Of a stretch of DNA of 32,000 nt, positions 8,636-18,972 are shown one piece after another. The stretch comes from Erysipelotrichaceae bacterium MTC7 (GTDB taxonomy: Bacteria; Bacillota_I; Bacilli_A; Erysipelotrichales; Erysipelotrichaceae), in the NCBI GenBank assembly GCA_001695645.1, contig LVZN01000067.1:60001-92000 (forward strand), in the 5' to 3' direction. Within the stretch, counting starts at the first letter, position 1; each line of letters opens with the position of its first letter. The position numbers were made by a program, and so were the translations under genes. The notes beneath the pieces were generated by a model, which ran no database searches, was not told the origin of the DNA, and worked only from the letters and a program-made list of their open reading frames with translations.

Positions 8636-9631
8636 ATGAAACGAATTACAATTTACGATGTTGCAAAAGAAGCGGACGTTTCCTTAGCTACCGTATCTCG
8701 TGTTATTAACGGTTCTGAAGTTGTACGTGAAGATACGCGTTTGAAAGTTCAGGAAGCAATTGAAAAATTAGGCTACAAACCAAATGCAATTGCACAAGGT
8801 CTTGCATTACAAAAGACAACAACGATTGCCTTTGTGATTCCAGAAGCTAGTTTCTTTTATACTGGACAAATCATCAATGGGTTAATTGATGTCGCAAAGT
8901 TATACAACTACAACATGGTCTTACATACGACAACTGAAGGGATTTCAGCAACAAGTGATATCATTGAAACCATTATCAAATCAAGAGTTGATGGTGTCGT
9001 GATTTTTAATGATAAGTTAAATAACGATGACATTGCCACACTAACAAACTACGATGTACCAATCGTTGTTATTGGAAACCGTATTTCAAACAACAACATC
9101 TGTTCAGTGTATGTTGATTACGAACAGTTGATTTACGATTATGCATCACAATTATACGAATCAGGAATTCGTAATATGGCATTGGTTGAAGACCGCAAGA
9201 ACCCGGCGATGATTGAAGAGTTATACAAAGGTTTAAAACGTGTCTATGAAGAACACGGAGAAGTGTTTGAGAATTATATTACGATTCCTAAAGAATACCG
9301 TTCTTCTTATGAATTCTTAAAAGATTACTTTAAAAACAATACACACGAGTTTGTGTTTACATATCGTGATTCACAAGCAATGGCTGTTTTAAACGTTGCT
9401 AAAGAAGTTGGAATCGATATTCCAAATGAAATGCAACTTGTATGTGTGCTAGATAGCAAATACAACGTGATGGCTCGTCCACAAATCTCAGGATTTAAAA
9501 TTCCTGACTATGATTTGGGAGCTGTTTCGATGCGGATTATGACAAAAATGTTGCAAGATGATGAGCATGACAGTTATAATAAAGAAACGGAGTTAAGCTA
9601 TGTGTTTACTCCAAGACAAACAACAAAATAA
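8636..9631 (+). CDS. LacI-family transcriptional regulator, CcpA-like
   Basis: N-terminal HTH ITIYDVAKEADVSLATVSRVINGS...KVQEAIEKLGYKPNAIAQGL followed by a periplasmic-binding-fold domain. Its synteny with murC and tyrS matches the B. subtilis ccpA neighbourhood. Confidence 0.85.
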   Translation: MKRITIYDVAKEADVSLATVSRVINGSEVVREDTRLKVQEAIEKLGYKPNAIAQGLALQKTTTIAFVIPEASFFYTGQIINGLIDVAKLYNYNMVLHTTTEGISATSDIIETIIKSRVDGVVIFNDKLNNDDIATLTNYDVPIVVIGNRISNNNICSVYVDYEQLIYDYASQLYESGIRNMALVEDRKNPAMIEELYKGLKRVYEEHGEVFENYITIPKEYRSSYEFLKDYFKNNTHEFVFTYRDSQAMAVLNVAKEVGIDIPNEMQLVCVLDSKYNVMARPQISGFKIPDYDLGAVSMRIMTKMLQDDEHDSYNKETELSYVFTPRQTTK

Positions 9632-9828
9632 ATGCGTTGATTAGACAAGACCCTATAATTCATGCAAAAGAGAAATGGCGGTTGGTGCAAGCCATGCATT
9701 GGATGTAGGATATACACCTAGGAGCGTTTACGCATCTCTGCGTTATGGAGTTAAGTGCATAAGTTCTTACTTATGAACTAAGGTGGTACCGCGTTTATAA
9801 CGTCCTTAGATAAGGGCGTTTTTTTATT
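9632..9828 (+). promoter_or_regulatory. T-box riboswitch leader, Tyr specifier (UAC)
   Basis: AG bulge AAAGAGA, distal loop GGTTGGTGCAA, UAC at 9713-9715 followed by A, T-box sequence AACTAAGGTGGTACCGCG (9778-9795), and terminator ACGTCCTTA/TAAGGGCGT plus a T-run (9800-9828). Confidence 0.88.
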
Positions 9829-9845
9829 TTTTGAGGAGAGAAGTT

Positions 9846-11072
9846 ATGAAACTATTTGAAGAATTACAGTGGCGTGGACTTATCAATGATATAAGTTCGC
9901 CAGAAATTGAAGACATGTTAAACAACAAGAGTGTCAGTTTTTACATCGGTACAGATCCAACTGGGGATTCCTTGCATATTGGACATTACTCTAGTTTTCT
10001 GATTGCGAAACGTTTGAAAGATGCTGGACACCATCCAATTTTACTTGTTGGTGGAGGAACTGGATTGATTGGTGATCCAAAACCAAATACAGAACGTCCA
10101 ATGATTACCAAAGAACAACTGGATCACAACTACCGTAAGTTGCGCAAACAAGTCGAAGATATTTTTGGCTTTGAGGTTGTAAATAACTATGATTGGATGA
10201 AAGATTTGAACTTCCTTGATTATCTACGTGATTATGGAAAGTACTTCAACTTGAATTACATGTTGGCAAAAGAAACAGTAAAATCAAGAATGGATATTGG
10301 AATTACGTATACGGAATTCTCATACATGATTTTACAAGCTTTGGATTTCTTGCACTTATTTGATCAAAAAAATGCTGTGTTGCAAGTTGGTGGACAAGAC
10401 CAGTGGGGAAACATAACCGCTGGAATTGAACTGATTCGTAAAAAAACAGGAAAAGAAGCATTTGGATTTACGATGCCGTTAATTACCAAAGCGGATGGAA
10501 CTAAATTTGGAAAAAGTGAAGGAAAGGCAATTTGGTTAGATAAAAACCAAACATCTTCTTACGAACTTTACCAATTCTTAGTAAATGCTGAAGATGAAAA
10601 GGTAATTGATTACTTGAAAAAACTAACGTTCTTAGATCGACCAACCATCGAAGCATTAGAAGAAAAAGTGAAAACAGAACCATTTAAGCGTGAAGCACAA
10701 AAAGTGTTAGCAAAAGAAGTGGTGACCTATTTACACGGTGAAGAAGAATATGATAAAGCGCTTCATATCACCAATGCACTATTTAAAGGGAATGTGCAAG
10801 ATTTAGACAAAAACGAATTGATTGATGCAATTCGTGGATTTGATACGATTCAAGTGAATGAGGGGATGGACTTAGTTAACTGTTTAGTTGAAAGTAAGAT
10901 TGCTTCAAGTAAACGTGAGGCACGTGAGTTCATCAGTGGAAATTCCATTGCGGTAAACGGCATCAAAGTTACGGACTTGGAATACAACGTAAACCAAGAC
11001 CAATGTATTTTCAATAACTATACCATCATCAAAAAAGGAAAACGTAATTACTACGTCCTTGAACTTGTTTAA
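9846..11072 (+). CDS. tyrS: Tyrosine--tRNA ligase
   Basis: Class I HIGH motif (SLHIGHY), KMSKS variant KFGKSEG and a C-terminal S4-like domain. ATG 9846 follows GAGGAGAG. Confidence 0.93.
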   Translation: MKLFEELQWRGLINDISSPEIEDMLNNKSVSFYIGTDPTGDSLHIGHYSSFLIAKRLKDAGHHPILLVGGGTGLIGDPKPNTERPMITKEQLDHNYRKLRKQVEDIFGFEVVNNYDWMKDLNFLDYLRDYGKYFNLNYMLAKETVKSRMDIGITYTEFSYMILQALDFLHLFDQKNAVLQVGGQDQWGNITAGIELIRKKTGKEAFGFTMPLITKADGTKFGKSEGKAIWLDKNQTSSYELYQFLVNAEDEKVIDYLKKLTFLDRPTIEALEEKVKTEPFKREAQKVLAKEVVTYLHGEEEYDKALHITNALFKGNVQDLDKNELIDAIRGFDTIQVNEGMDLVNCLVESKIASSKREAREFISGNSIAVNGIKVTDLEYNVNQDQCIFNNYTIIKKGKRNYYVLELV

Positions 11073-11079
11073 GAAACAT

Positions 11080-11107
11080 GCGTGCAGCAATGCACGCTTT
11101 TTATTTT
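11080..11107 (+). terminator. Rho-independent terminator of tyrS
   Basis: Stem GCGTGCA / TGCACGC with loop GCAA, followed by TTTTTATTTT. Confidence 0.75.
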
Positions 11108-11189
11108 GCTTGTGAAAAGAAGCACGAAGACAATACGTAAATTCACTTTATTATAGGTCTAATTATGATATAATCATCTAGAGGTAATT

Positions 11190-11720
11190 ATGCGAAAAAA
11201 ATCACTCTTATGCTTGCTTGCGATGTTGCTTTTGGTTAGCTGCAAGGTTCACAATGAAGTAAGTTCACAAGCAATGGAACTATATAATGCATATAAAGAA
11301 CGAATCATAGCCAATGCGCAAAATGGTTCTGATAGTTATGATATCCCATTTGCTTTTGCTTTTGAGATTACACCGTTAGAAGATCATGCTGTATCGTACT
11401 CGGTGATTATTGATGAGCCAAAAGTATTAATGAATCAAGTGCAAATGATGGCACTTGATCCAGCAAGTGTTGCACCAGATAAAATGGAACCATCCATTGG
11501 TATCTTTGAAGAGGAAAGCTATGGCTTAATTCCAAATCAAGTAGATGCCAGTCGTGGATATCCCAAAGGTCTAGCGATTAATGGTGAAAGTAGTACAAAC
11601 ACTTTTGATTTATACGTCATGGTGACATACATCGATGAAAATCAAAGCAATGTACGTGTCTTTTTCTCAACAGCCATTATCAACGGAAAAGTATTTTATC
11701 AAGAGGTAGAACATGAATAA
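11190..11720 (+). CDS. Hypothetical lipoprotein
   Basis: Signal peptide with lipobox LLVS-C (MRKKSLLCLLAMLLLVSCK) and a GAGGT SD. An extended -10 (TGaTATAAT, 11166-11174) lies upstream. The 3' end overlaps the flippase start. Confidence 0.7.
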   Translation: MRKKSLLCLLAMLLLVSCKVHNEVSSQAMELYNAYKERIIANAQNGSDSYDIPFAFAFEITPLEDHAVSYSVIIDEPKVLMNQVQMMALDPASVAPDKMEPSIGIFEEESYGLIPNQVDASRGYPKGLAINGESSTNTFDLYVMVTYIDENQSNVRVFFSTAIINGKVFYQEVEHE

Positions 11721-13359
11721 TAATAAGAAGTCTTTGCTAGCAGGTGGTTTAGTATCGTCTGCTGGTTTGTTTATAGCGAAGTTTTTAAGTATTTTTTACA
11801 CCATTCCATTCGATGCGATTTTGCAATCATCTGCATATAAAGGTGTGTATGGTGGTACCTATGGAATTTATTCCTATGTATTGACCATTGCGCAAGCAGG
11901 TCTACCATTTGCAATTGCGACGTTGGTATCGCGTTATATGGCACGTAACGATTACAAAACAACCTTACTTATCCGTAAGGTTTCCTTTTATACCATGACC
12001 GCCTTTGGTTTTATTTGCATGTTGTTTTTGTTGATTGGTTCACAACCGATTGCTCAACAAATTGCTTCATCACCAGAGCTTGTCCCACTGTACCGAAACT
12101 CACTATGTATTTTGGCACTTGCGGTCTTTATCATCCCAATACTAAGTAGTGTTCGTGGGTTCTATCAAGGTATTAAAGAAATGAATGTATATTCAATATC
12201 CCAAATCGTTGAACAAATTGTCCGTATTGCTTTCTTATTGATTGTTAGTGTGATCGCAATTTACGCGCTTGGTTTTGGGCGACACTGGGGTGTGTATTTT
12301 GGGGTGATTGCAACTAGCGTTGCAGGTGTTGTTACCATCGGATACATAAAGAAAAACGATAGCAAGTCGGTAAAACCGATTCAAGAACATGCAAAATATC
12401 AAGACAAACCTGCTGAAGATGCAAAGTTTATCTTTCAAGAGTTAATTAAATTATCCATTCCATTTTTAATTATTGCTGCTTTTGGATATTGTGATCAAAT
12501 TGTCAACATTATGGATTTTACGCCAGGGCTTGAAGCCTATGGTGCCAAAGCAGGTATTGCTATGACACCAGCAATCATTGACCAATACCAAGATGCGGTT
12601 TTATATAAAGCGATGAAACTTATTGCGATACCGATGGTGCTTGCACCTGGTTTTAGTGCGGCAATTTACCCGTACATTACCGAAGCAAGAGAACGAAAAG
12701 AAAAACACCTGGTAAAAAAATACGTATTGGATTGTGTAGAATCTGTCATTTACATTTGTTTGCCTTTATGTGTAGCATTAGCCGTTTTTGCTAGACCGAT
12801 CTTGTACACATTATATGGCGTATCTGGGGAAGGTTCTGAACTGTTTGTGACAACCTTACAATGGTTTTGTATCGAAGGAGTAAGTGCAACAATATGTCCA
12901 ATTTTCTCAAGCTTAGTTATGGCGTTAGGACAACGCAAGAAAATTGTTTTTACCACAATGATTTTTGGAATTGTAAAAGTGGCAACCAATCGTTTGTTTA
13001 TTTCATTCTTTGGCGTTCCAGGAATGGTTCTATCTAGCTTATTAGCATATGTCATATTTGCTGGTTTAAACATTTACATCATCCAAAAAGAATATGCGAT
13101 TGATTGGAAGTATACATTTAGAAAACTGATTTTCATTTTTACAGGATTGGCTGGAATGTTTTTAGTTTCTAAAGTATGTTACTGGTTTGGCTTACTTGAT
13201 TACAGCGGGAATCGTGTTGTTGCCTTATTGTTGCTTGCCATTATGGGAATTGCAGCAGTTGGCGTGTATGCTGGAATCACGTTGTATTGCAACATTCCAC
13301 AAACCATTTTCCATTTTGATTTAGAAAGTATCAAAGCAAAAATAAAGCGAGGTAAATAA
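11713..13359 (+). CDS. MOP-superfamily polysaccharide / lipid II flippase (YtgP / SpoVB / MurJ-like)
   Basis: 548 aa with about 14 hydrophobic segments. It is adjacent to the rsuA-type gene, as ytgP-ytzG are in B. subtilis. Confidence 0.78.
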   Translation: MNNNKKSLLAGGLVSSAGLFIAKFLSIFYTIPFDAILQSSAYKGVYGGTYGIYSYVLTIAQAGLPFAIATLVSRYMARNDYKTTLLIRKVSFYTMTAFGFICMLFLLIGSQPIAQQIASSPELVPLYRNSLCILALAVFIIPILSSVRGFYQGIKEMNVYSISQIVEQIVRIAFLLIVSVIAIYALGFGRHWGVYFGVIATSVAGVVTIGYIKKNDSKSVKPIQEHAKYQDKPAEDAKFIFQELIKLSIPFLIIAAFGYCDQIVNIMDFTPGLEAYGAKAGIAMTPAIIDQYQDAVLYKAMKLIAIPMVLAPGFSAAIYPYITEARERKEKHLVKKYVLDCVESVIYICLPLCVALAVFARPILYTLYGVSGEGSELFVTTLQWFCIEGVSATICPIFSSLVMALGQRKKIVFTTMIFGIVKVATNRLFISFFGVPGMVLSSLLAYVIFAGLNIYIIQKEYAIDWKYTFRKLIFIFTGLAGMFLVSKVCYWFGLLDYSGNRVVALLLLAIMGIAAVGVYAGITLYCNIPQTIFHFDLESIKAKIKRGK

Positions 13360-14055
13360 ATGATTCGACTCGATAAATATCTAGCGCACCTGAAGTATGG
13401 GACGCGAAAAGAAGTGAAAAAAATCATCCGTAGTGGTGCCGTTCGTGTTAACGGAGAAGTGATTCGCAACGATGATTATAAAATTGATGAAACAACAGAT
13501 GAAGTCATCTATGATGGGTTTGTGCTTGATTATCAAGAGTATTACTACTTGATGATGAATAAACCAGATGGCTATGTTTCCAGTAATAAAGATGAACTAG
13601 ATCCAAGTATATTGAATCTAGTTTTTGAACCTTATGCCTTTGATTTACAGTGTGTTGGTCGACTTGATGTTGATACCAAGGGGTTATTGATTTTAACTAA
13701 CGATGGTAAGTTTAATCATGCTGTTACAGCACCAAAACGTCACGTTGAAAAAGAGTATGTGATGGAATTAGAAAAACCATTAAGTGAAAATGATATTCAG
13801 CAACTATATGCAGGCGTTAGTATCGACGATGATCTTAGCAAAGCATTATCGATCAAAGTGATTGATGAAGCCAGTTATGCGATGGTGATTGATGAAGGGA
13901 AGTATCACCAAGTCAAACGCATGATGCATGCTGTAAATAATGAAGTGCTTGCACTGAAGCGAATTCGCATAGGTGCACTCTATTTAGATGAAAACCTTGA
14001 AGAAGGTGAATATCGTGCATTAACAAAAACGGAAGTAGAAGTATTAGGAGGGTAA
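13360..14055 (+). CDS. rsuA: 16S rRNA pseudouridine synthase, RsuA family
   Basis: N-terminal S4 domain (IRLDKYLA), catalytic motif [17 protein letters not shown], and [11 protein letters not shown]...GEYRALT co-linear with RsuA. Confidence 0.82.
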   Translation: MIRLDKYLAHLKYGTRKEVKKIIRSGAVRVNGEVIRNDDYKIDETTDEVIYDGFVLDYQEYYYLMMNKPDGYVSSNKDELDPSILNLVFEPYAFDLQCVGRLDVDTKGLLILTNDGKFNHAVTAPKRHVEKEYVMELEKPLSENDIQQLYAGVSIDDDLSKALSIKVIDEASYAMVIDEGKYHQVKRMMHAVNNEVLALKRIRIGALYLDENLEEGEYRALTKTEVEVLGG

Positions 14056-14059
14056 AATA

Positions 14060-14947
14060 ATGCAACAATATTTAGACTTATGTAAATATATCTTGAGTAA
14101 TGGTGAAGATCGAGCAGATCGCACAGGAACTGGAACTCGAAGTGTTTTTGGATACCAAACACGTTATGATTTACGCGATGGATTTCCTTTGTTGACAACA
14201 AAGAAAATGTTCTTGCGTCCAGTTGCTGAAGAATTACTTTGGTTTTTAAAAGGAGACACCAATATCAAATATTTGGTGGATCGTAACGTTCGTATTTGGA
14301 ATGAATGGCCATATGAAAACTTTAAGAAGAGTAAGGATTATAATGGTGAAAGCCTGGAAGAATTTGTAGAGAAAATCAAAACAAGTGATGCGGAAAGTGA
14401 ATTTGTGAAAGTCTATGGAGATCTTGGACCTGTATATGGTTCACAATGGCGTGACTTTAATGGCGAAGGTGTTGATCAAATCAGTGAACTTGTGGAAGGA
14501 TTAAAAAACAATCCATTCTCACGTCGTCATATCGTTTGTGCTTGGAATCCAGCGAAAATCGATAAAATGGCACTTCCACCATGTCACGCATTCTTACAAT
14601 TTTATGTAAGTGCGGATCAGAAATATTTATCATGTCAGTTGTACCAACGTAGCGCAGATGTATTCTTAGGGGTACCATTTAACATTGCTAGCTATGCACT
14701 TATGACAGCAATGCTCGCGCAAGTTTGTGGTTATGAAGCTAAAGAGTTTGTACATACCATTGGGGATGCTCACATTTATAAAGACCACTTTGATGTTGTA
14801 AACGAACAACTTTCACGTGTACCTTTACCAAAATGTAAACTACGCTTAAACCCTGAAGTTACCAGCATTTTTGATTTCACAATTGATGATATTAAAATTG
14901 AAGACTATGAAAGTCATGGAAAACTTGTAGGTAAGGTGAGTGTCTAA
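14060..14947 (+). CDS. thyA: Thymidylate synthase (ThyA type)
   Basis: [11 protein letters not shown], catalytic [12 protein letters not shown], and [19 protein letters not shown]. It carries the Firmicute-type insertion after residue ~85. Confidence 0.94.
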   Translation: MQQYLDLCKYILSNGEDRADRTGTGTRSVFGYQTRYDLRDGFPLLTTKKMFLRPVAEELLWFLKGDTNIKYLVDRNVRIWNEWPYENFKKSKDYNGESLEEFVEKIKTSDAESEFVKVYGDLGPVYGSQWRDFNGEGVDQISELVEGLKNNPFSRRHIVCAWNPAKIDKMALPPCHAFLQFYVSADQKYLSCQLYQRSADVFLGVPFNIASYALMTAMLAQVCGYEAKEFVHTIGDAHIYKDHFDVVNEQLSRVPLPKCKLRLNPEVTSIFDFTIDDIKIEDYESHGKLVGKVSV

Positions 14948-15420
14948 TGGTTAGTTTAGTTGTAGCTATGGGCGATAATCGTGTCATAGGAAAAGATGGT
15001 TGGATGCCTTGGAACTTACCTGAAGATTTAAAGGTGTTTCGCAAAATAACAATTGATCAAAACATTGTGATGGGACGTACAACTTTTGAAGGTATGAAAA
15101 AACCATTACCAAGACGTCATACGTATGTTGTGACACGAAACGAAGATTATTCATACAATCATGACGATGTCACAATTGTCAATGATTTGGCAGGTTTACT
15201 GACATCGTATAAAGATCGTAAGGATGTTTTATATGTTACTGGAGGGGCACAAATCTACACGGAAGCATTGCCTTATGTAGATGAAATGTGGATTTCACTA
15301 GTGGATGAACATTACAATGGAGATACGTTTTTCCCAGAATTTAACCCGGATGATTTCATCGTAGTAACAAAAGAAAAAAAGGAAGGATTTACGCTAATAC
15401 ATTATCGTAAAAAAAGGTAA
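14947..15420 (+). CDS. folA: Dihydrofolate reductase
   Basis: VVAMGDNRVIGKDGWMPW, GRTTFE and TGGAQIY motifs. A TAATG overlap with thyA. Confidence 0.92.
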   Translation: MVSLVVAMGDNRVIGKDGWMPWNLPEDLKVFRKITIDQNIVMGRTTFEGMKKPLPRRHTYVVTRNEDYSYNHDDVTIVNDLAGLLTSYKDRKDVLYVTGGAQIYTEALPYVDEMWISLVDEHYNGDTFFPEFNPDDFIVVTKEKKEGFTLIHYRKKR

Positions 15421-15424
15421 ATAC

Positions 15425-16723
15425 ATGAATATTGTAGAAATTATTGAAAAGAAACGTGACGGTTATGAATTAAGCACAGAAGAAATTGCATACTTTATAG
15501 ACAGTTATGCAAAAGAAGAAATTGCTGAGTATCAAGCCAGTGCTTTATTAATGGCGATTTACTTACGAGGGATGAGTGATCGTGAATTATCAGACATGAC
15601 CAAAGATATGATTCAAACAGGAAAAGTTTATGATTTTTCTGATTTAGAAGGGATTTTTGTTGATAAACACAGTACAGGTGGAGTCGGTGATAAAACAAGT
15701 TTAGTATTGGCACCAGTACTTGCTGTATGTGGTTTAAAAGTTGCAAAAATGAGTGGACGTGGTCTTTCATTTACCGGTGGAACACTTGATAAATTAGAAT
15801 CCATTCCAGGCTTTCAAGTTGCTATTTCTGAAGCTGACTTTAAAAAACAAGTAAGTGAAATTGGTTGTGCCATTATTGGTCAAAGCAACGATATGGTGTA
15901 TGCTGACAAAAAACTTTACGCGTTGCGCGATGTGACGGGTACCGTTAGTAGCATTCCATTAATTGCTTCAAGTATTATGTCAAAGAAACTTGCTGCAGGT
16001 AGTGATGTCATCTTACTTGATGTAAAATGTGGCGATGGTGCATTTATGAAGGATGTTGCTAGTGCAACAGAACTTGCAACACGCATGATTCAAATTGGTA
16101 AAGATGCAGGAAAGGTTGTGAATGCAGAAATTACAAGTATGAATGACGTACTTGGAAACATGGTAGGTAACTCGCTAGAAGTACTAGAAGCAATTGAAAC
16201 ACTGCAAGGTAAAGTTCACAATGACTTCTATGAACTTTGCGTACATTCAGCTGTAACTTTGTTGCAATCATCAGGAATTTGCAAAGATGAAGAAAAAGCA
16301 CATCAAATGGTTGTAGATTGCTTGCATGATGGAAGTGCACTTGCGAAGTTCAAAGAAATGGTTGCAGCACAACATGGAGATACAAGTGTTGTTGATGACC
16401 CTTCAAAATTAGCAATCAGCGACAAGACAATTGAAGTTTTTGCTGAAGAAGATGGATACATTGCAAAAATTCACGTTGAGGGAATTGGAATGCTTGGTTG
16501 TCGTTTAGGTGCAGGTAGAATGCGCATCGAAGATGATATTGACCACAGTGTTGGTATTGAAGTATACAAAAAACACGGAGATGCAATCGCAAAAGGTGAA
16601 GCGTTGTGTAAACTGTACTACAACGAAACCTACAATGAAGCATTTCTTGATGAAGCAAAAGCATGCTTTACAATTTCAAAAGAACCTGTGGAAACAGAAC
16701 CATTAATTTACACAGTATTATAA
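15425..16723 (+). CDS. pdp: Pyrimidine-nucleoside phosphorylase
   Basis: KHSTGGVGDKTSL phosphate-binding motif and an N-terminal helical domain (IIEKKRDG..L), 432 aa. Confidence 0.9.
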   Translation: MNIVEIIEKKRDGYELSTEEIAYFIDSYAKEEIAEYQASALLMAIYLRGMSDRELSDMTKDMIQTGKVYDFSDLEGIFVDKHSTGGVGDKTSLVLAPVLAVCGLKVAKMSGRGLSFTGGTLDKLESIPGFQVAISEADFKKQVSEIGCAIIGQSNDMVYADKKLYALRDVTGTVSSIPLIASSIMSKKLAAGSDVILLDVKCGDGAFMKDVASATELATRMIQIGKDAGKVVNAEITSMNDVLGNMVGNSLEVLEAIETLQGKVHNDFYELCVHSAVTLLQSSGICKDEEKAHQMVVDCLHDGSALAKFKEMVAAQHGDTSVVDDPSKLAISDKTIEVFAEEDGYIAKIHVEGIGMLGCRLGAGRMRIEDDIDHSVGIEVYKKHGDAIAKGEALCKLYYNETYNEAFLDEAKACFTISKEPVETEPLIYTVL

Positions 16724-16746
16724 GTTAAAGAAGGGAGTGGCAAAAG

Positions 16747-18612
16747 ATGAAAATCGCTTTAGCCCAAATGAATGTTGTTGCTGGAAAATGCGAACAAAAC
16801 TTTCAAAAGATGGAAGAACTCATAGCCAAGGCAAAAACTGATGAAGTGGACATCATTGTCTTTCCAGAGATGTGTATTTCTGGATATTTATTACAAGACA
16901 AACTATTAGATGAAGCATTTTGTGCGTATGTACATAGCTTTAATGAACGTGTTTTAGCCTTAAGTGAGGGAATTGGAATTGTGTATGGAAACTTGTATCA
17001 TGGTCCAATTGAAACAATTGAAAAAGGTCGTGATGGACGAACGTTGCGTTGTAACTGTGCATTTTTTGCCCACAACCAAACCTGGGTGAAAAAGGAAAAC
17101 AGCATCATGGATGGTTTTCATATCAAACATTTAAATCCAGACTATCGCATTTTTGATGACTCAAGATTCTATTTAAGTGGAATTGAAGTGAGCAACTATT
17201 TATTTAAGGAAATGGATCGACTCATATCCCCATTCCTATTCGAATTGAATGGAAAAACATATCGCATTGGACTTGAAGTTTGTGAGGATATTTGGTCTTA
17301 CGATTACAGTGTTGATCCAACAAAGATTTTAGCAAAACAAAACGTTGATTTTATCATTAACGTTTCAAGTAGTCCGTATACAAAAAATAAAGAAATTTCA
17401 CGCAATAAACAATTGTTGAAACATGCACAAGAACTTGGTGAACACATGCCGATGGTCATTTATGTGAATGCTGTTGGCATGCAAAATAACGGTAAAAACG
17501 TCATTTTGTTCGATGGTGACTCAACCGTGTTTGATACTCATGGAAAACCAATCTTTACTTGTAACGATGGGTTTAAAGAAGAGTATGCAGTTTATGATTT
17601 TCGGGCGATTCGTATTGATTCGTTTTGCGAGAATAAATTGCTTGAAGCATTGACGACTGCTCTTTATGAATTTGACCGTCAGATGTTTCCATTTCAACCA
17701 AAATGGATCATTGGGTTAAGTGGAGGTATTGATAGTTGTATCAATGCTGGACTGTTGGTTCGTGCCCTTGGTCCAAAGCGTGTGGTTGGGTACAACCTTG
17801 CAACGAAGTACAATAGTGATTTAACAAAAAATAATGCAAAACAGGTTGCGGATAGTTTAGGAATTGAATTACGCAATGGTTCGATTGAAGAAGTAGTTAA
17901 AGCTACAGAACAAACGGCAAAAATGTACGGGTATGAAGAACCATATCCTTCACTTGTCGTTGAGAATATCCAAGCCAGAGTGCGTGGGCATATATTAAGT
18001 ACATTTGCAGCTCTAGAAGGTGGAGTTATCGTAAACAATGCCAATAAAGTAGAAATAGCGGTAGGTTATTGCACACTTTATGGTGATAGCATTGGTGCGA
18101 TATCACCAATTGGAGATTTAACAAAAGTCGAAGTGTTTGAACTTGCAAAACAACTGAATGCATATTTCGGTAAAGAAGTAATTTCGAAAACATTGATTCC
18201 CGAAATTACGAATGGAACAATTGATTGGAAGATGCCACCAAGTGCAGAATTAAAGGATGCGCAAGTGGATCCGATGAAATGGTACTATCATGATGAACTC
18301 ATTCGTCGATTCCTTGATTATCCAACCATGAATGTGGAAGCATACATGGAAAGCTATCTTGACGGTAGTATTTATGATGAAGAAATTGGCCAATGGATAC
18401 GGTATTATCATCTTGATGATGGCAATGCGTTTATCGAAGATTTGGAATGGTTATTGTCACAAATGGCTAAATCTGTGTTTAAACGCATTCAAATGCCACC
18501 AATTGTTAGTTTAAGTCGTGGTGCTTTTGGTAACGATTATCGCGAGGCTCAATTGGGTGTCATTCAAAGTAAACGGTACTTAGAATTAAAAGAAAAGATA
18601 CTGTTACGTTGA
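16747..18612 (+). CDS. nadE: Glutamine-dependent NAD+ synthetase (N-terminal CN-hydrolase domain plus NAD synthase domain)
   Basis: Nitrilase-type residues (FPEMCISGY; GLEVCEDIW) and the PP-loop GLSGGIDS in the C-terminal half. Confidence 0.85.
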   Translation: MKIALAQMNVVAGKCEQNFQKMEELIAKAKTDEVDIIVFPEMCISGYLLQDKLLDEAFCAYVHSFNERVLALSEGIGIVYGNLYHGPIETIEKGRDGRTLRCNCAFFAHNQTWVKKENSIMDGFHIKHLNPDYRIFDDSRFYLSGIEVSNYLFKEMDRLISPFLFELNGKTYRIGLEVCEDIWSYDYSVDPTKILAKQNVDFIINVSSSPYTKNKEISRNKQLLKHAQELGEHMPMVIYVNAVGMQNNGKNVILFDGDSTVFDTHGKPIFTCNDGFKEEYAVYDFRAIRIDSFCENKLLEALTTALYEFDRQMFPFQPKWIIGLSGGIDSCINAGLLVRALGPKRVVGYNLATKYNSDLTKNNAKQVADSLGIELRNGSIEEVVKATEQTAKMYGYEEPYPSLVVENIQARVRGHILSTFAALEGGVIVNNANKVEIAVGYCTLYGDSIGAISPIGDLTKVEVFELAKQLNAYFGKEVISKTLIPEITNGTIDWKMPPSAELKDAQVDPMKWYYHDELIRRFLDYPTMNVEAYMESYLDGSIYDEEIGQWIRYYHLDDGNAFIEDLEWLLSQMAKSVFKRIQMPPIVSLSRGAFGNDYREAQLGVIQSKRYLELKEKILLR

Positions 18613-18619
18613 TTTTCTT

Positions 18620-18647
18620 TTGCATTTGCACGGTTTTATAATATAAT
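18620..18647 (+). promoter_or_regulatory. Sigma-A-type promoter of the comN-like / secDF unit
   Basis: TTGCAT (18620-18625), 16-nt spacer, TATAAT (18642-18647). Confidence 0.45.
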
Positions 18648-18675
18648 AAAACATGGTATTTAAGGAGTGAGGGAA

Positions 18676-18972
18676 TTGAATCAGGAGAATATTGTCAATG
18701 ACAAAGATGTTCGTCTGGCATTAACGCTTAAAACAAGTCAGTTGAAACGTGAGCAAATTAAAAATCTAACGTATCAGCAAGTTGTGAAAACAATGAAAGA
18801 ATTTGTTTGGAAGCAAAAAACCGTCAGACATGTCCACGATGCAATTAATGACATTATGTCGTTACAAGCGGCAACCGTGGTTGCTTATTTGTCATATTGT
18901 GCAATTGAAAAAGGATCAAGTATGGGACTTGATAAAATTGAAGGGGTTATGAGAGGAGATTTAGATGAATAA
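18676..18972 (+). CDS. Small post-transcriptional-regulator-like protein (ComN/YrzD-type, conserved upstream of secDF)
   Basis: 98 aa if TTG 18676 is used (8 nt after AAGGAG). The GTG 18667 in the ORF track overlaps the SD. Its position directly upstream of and overlapping secDF mirrors B. subtilis comN. The motif HDAINDIMSL fits that family as I recall it. Confidence 0.5.
   Translation: MNQENIVNDKDVRLALTLKTSQLKREQIKNLTYQQVVKTMKEFVWKQKTVRHVHDAINDIMSLQAATVVAYLSYCAIEKGSSMGLDKIEGVMRGDLDE

Noticed and set aside
9654-9659. TATAAT hexamer, which looks like a tyrS promoter -10
   Set aside because: The nearest -35-like TTGATT is only 11 nt away. The hexamer also falls inside the 5' strand of T-box stem I when the leader is aligned to the canonical layout.
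14300-14440. Extra ~30-residue segment in ThyA relative to the E. coli-length enzyme
   Set aside because: Insertions at this position are a known feature of Firmicute ThyA enzymes (the Lactobacillus casei type). This is not a fusion or an anomaly.
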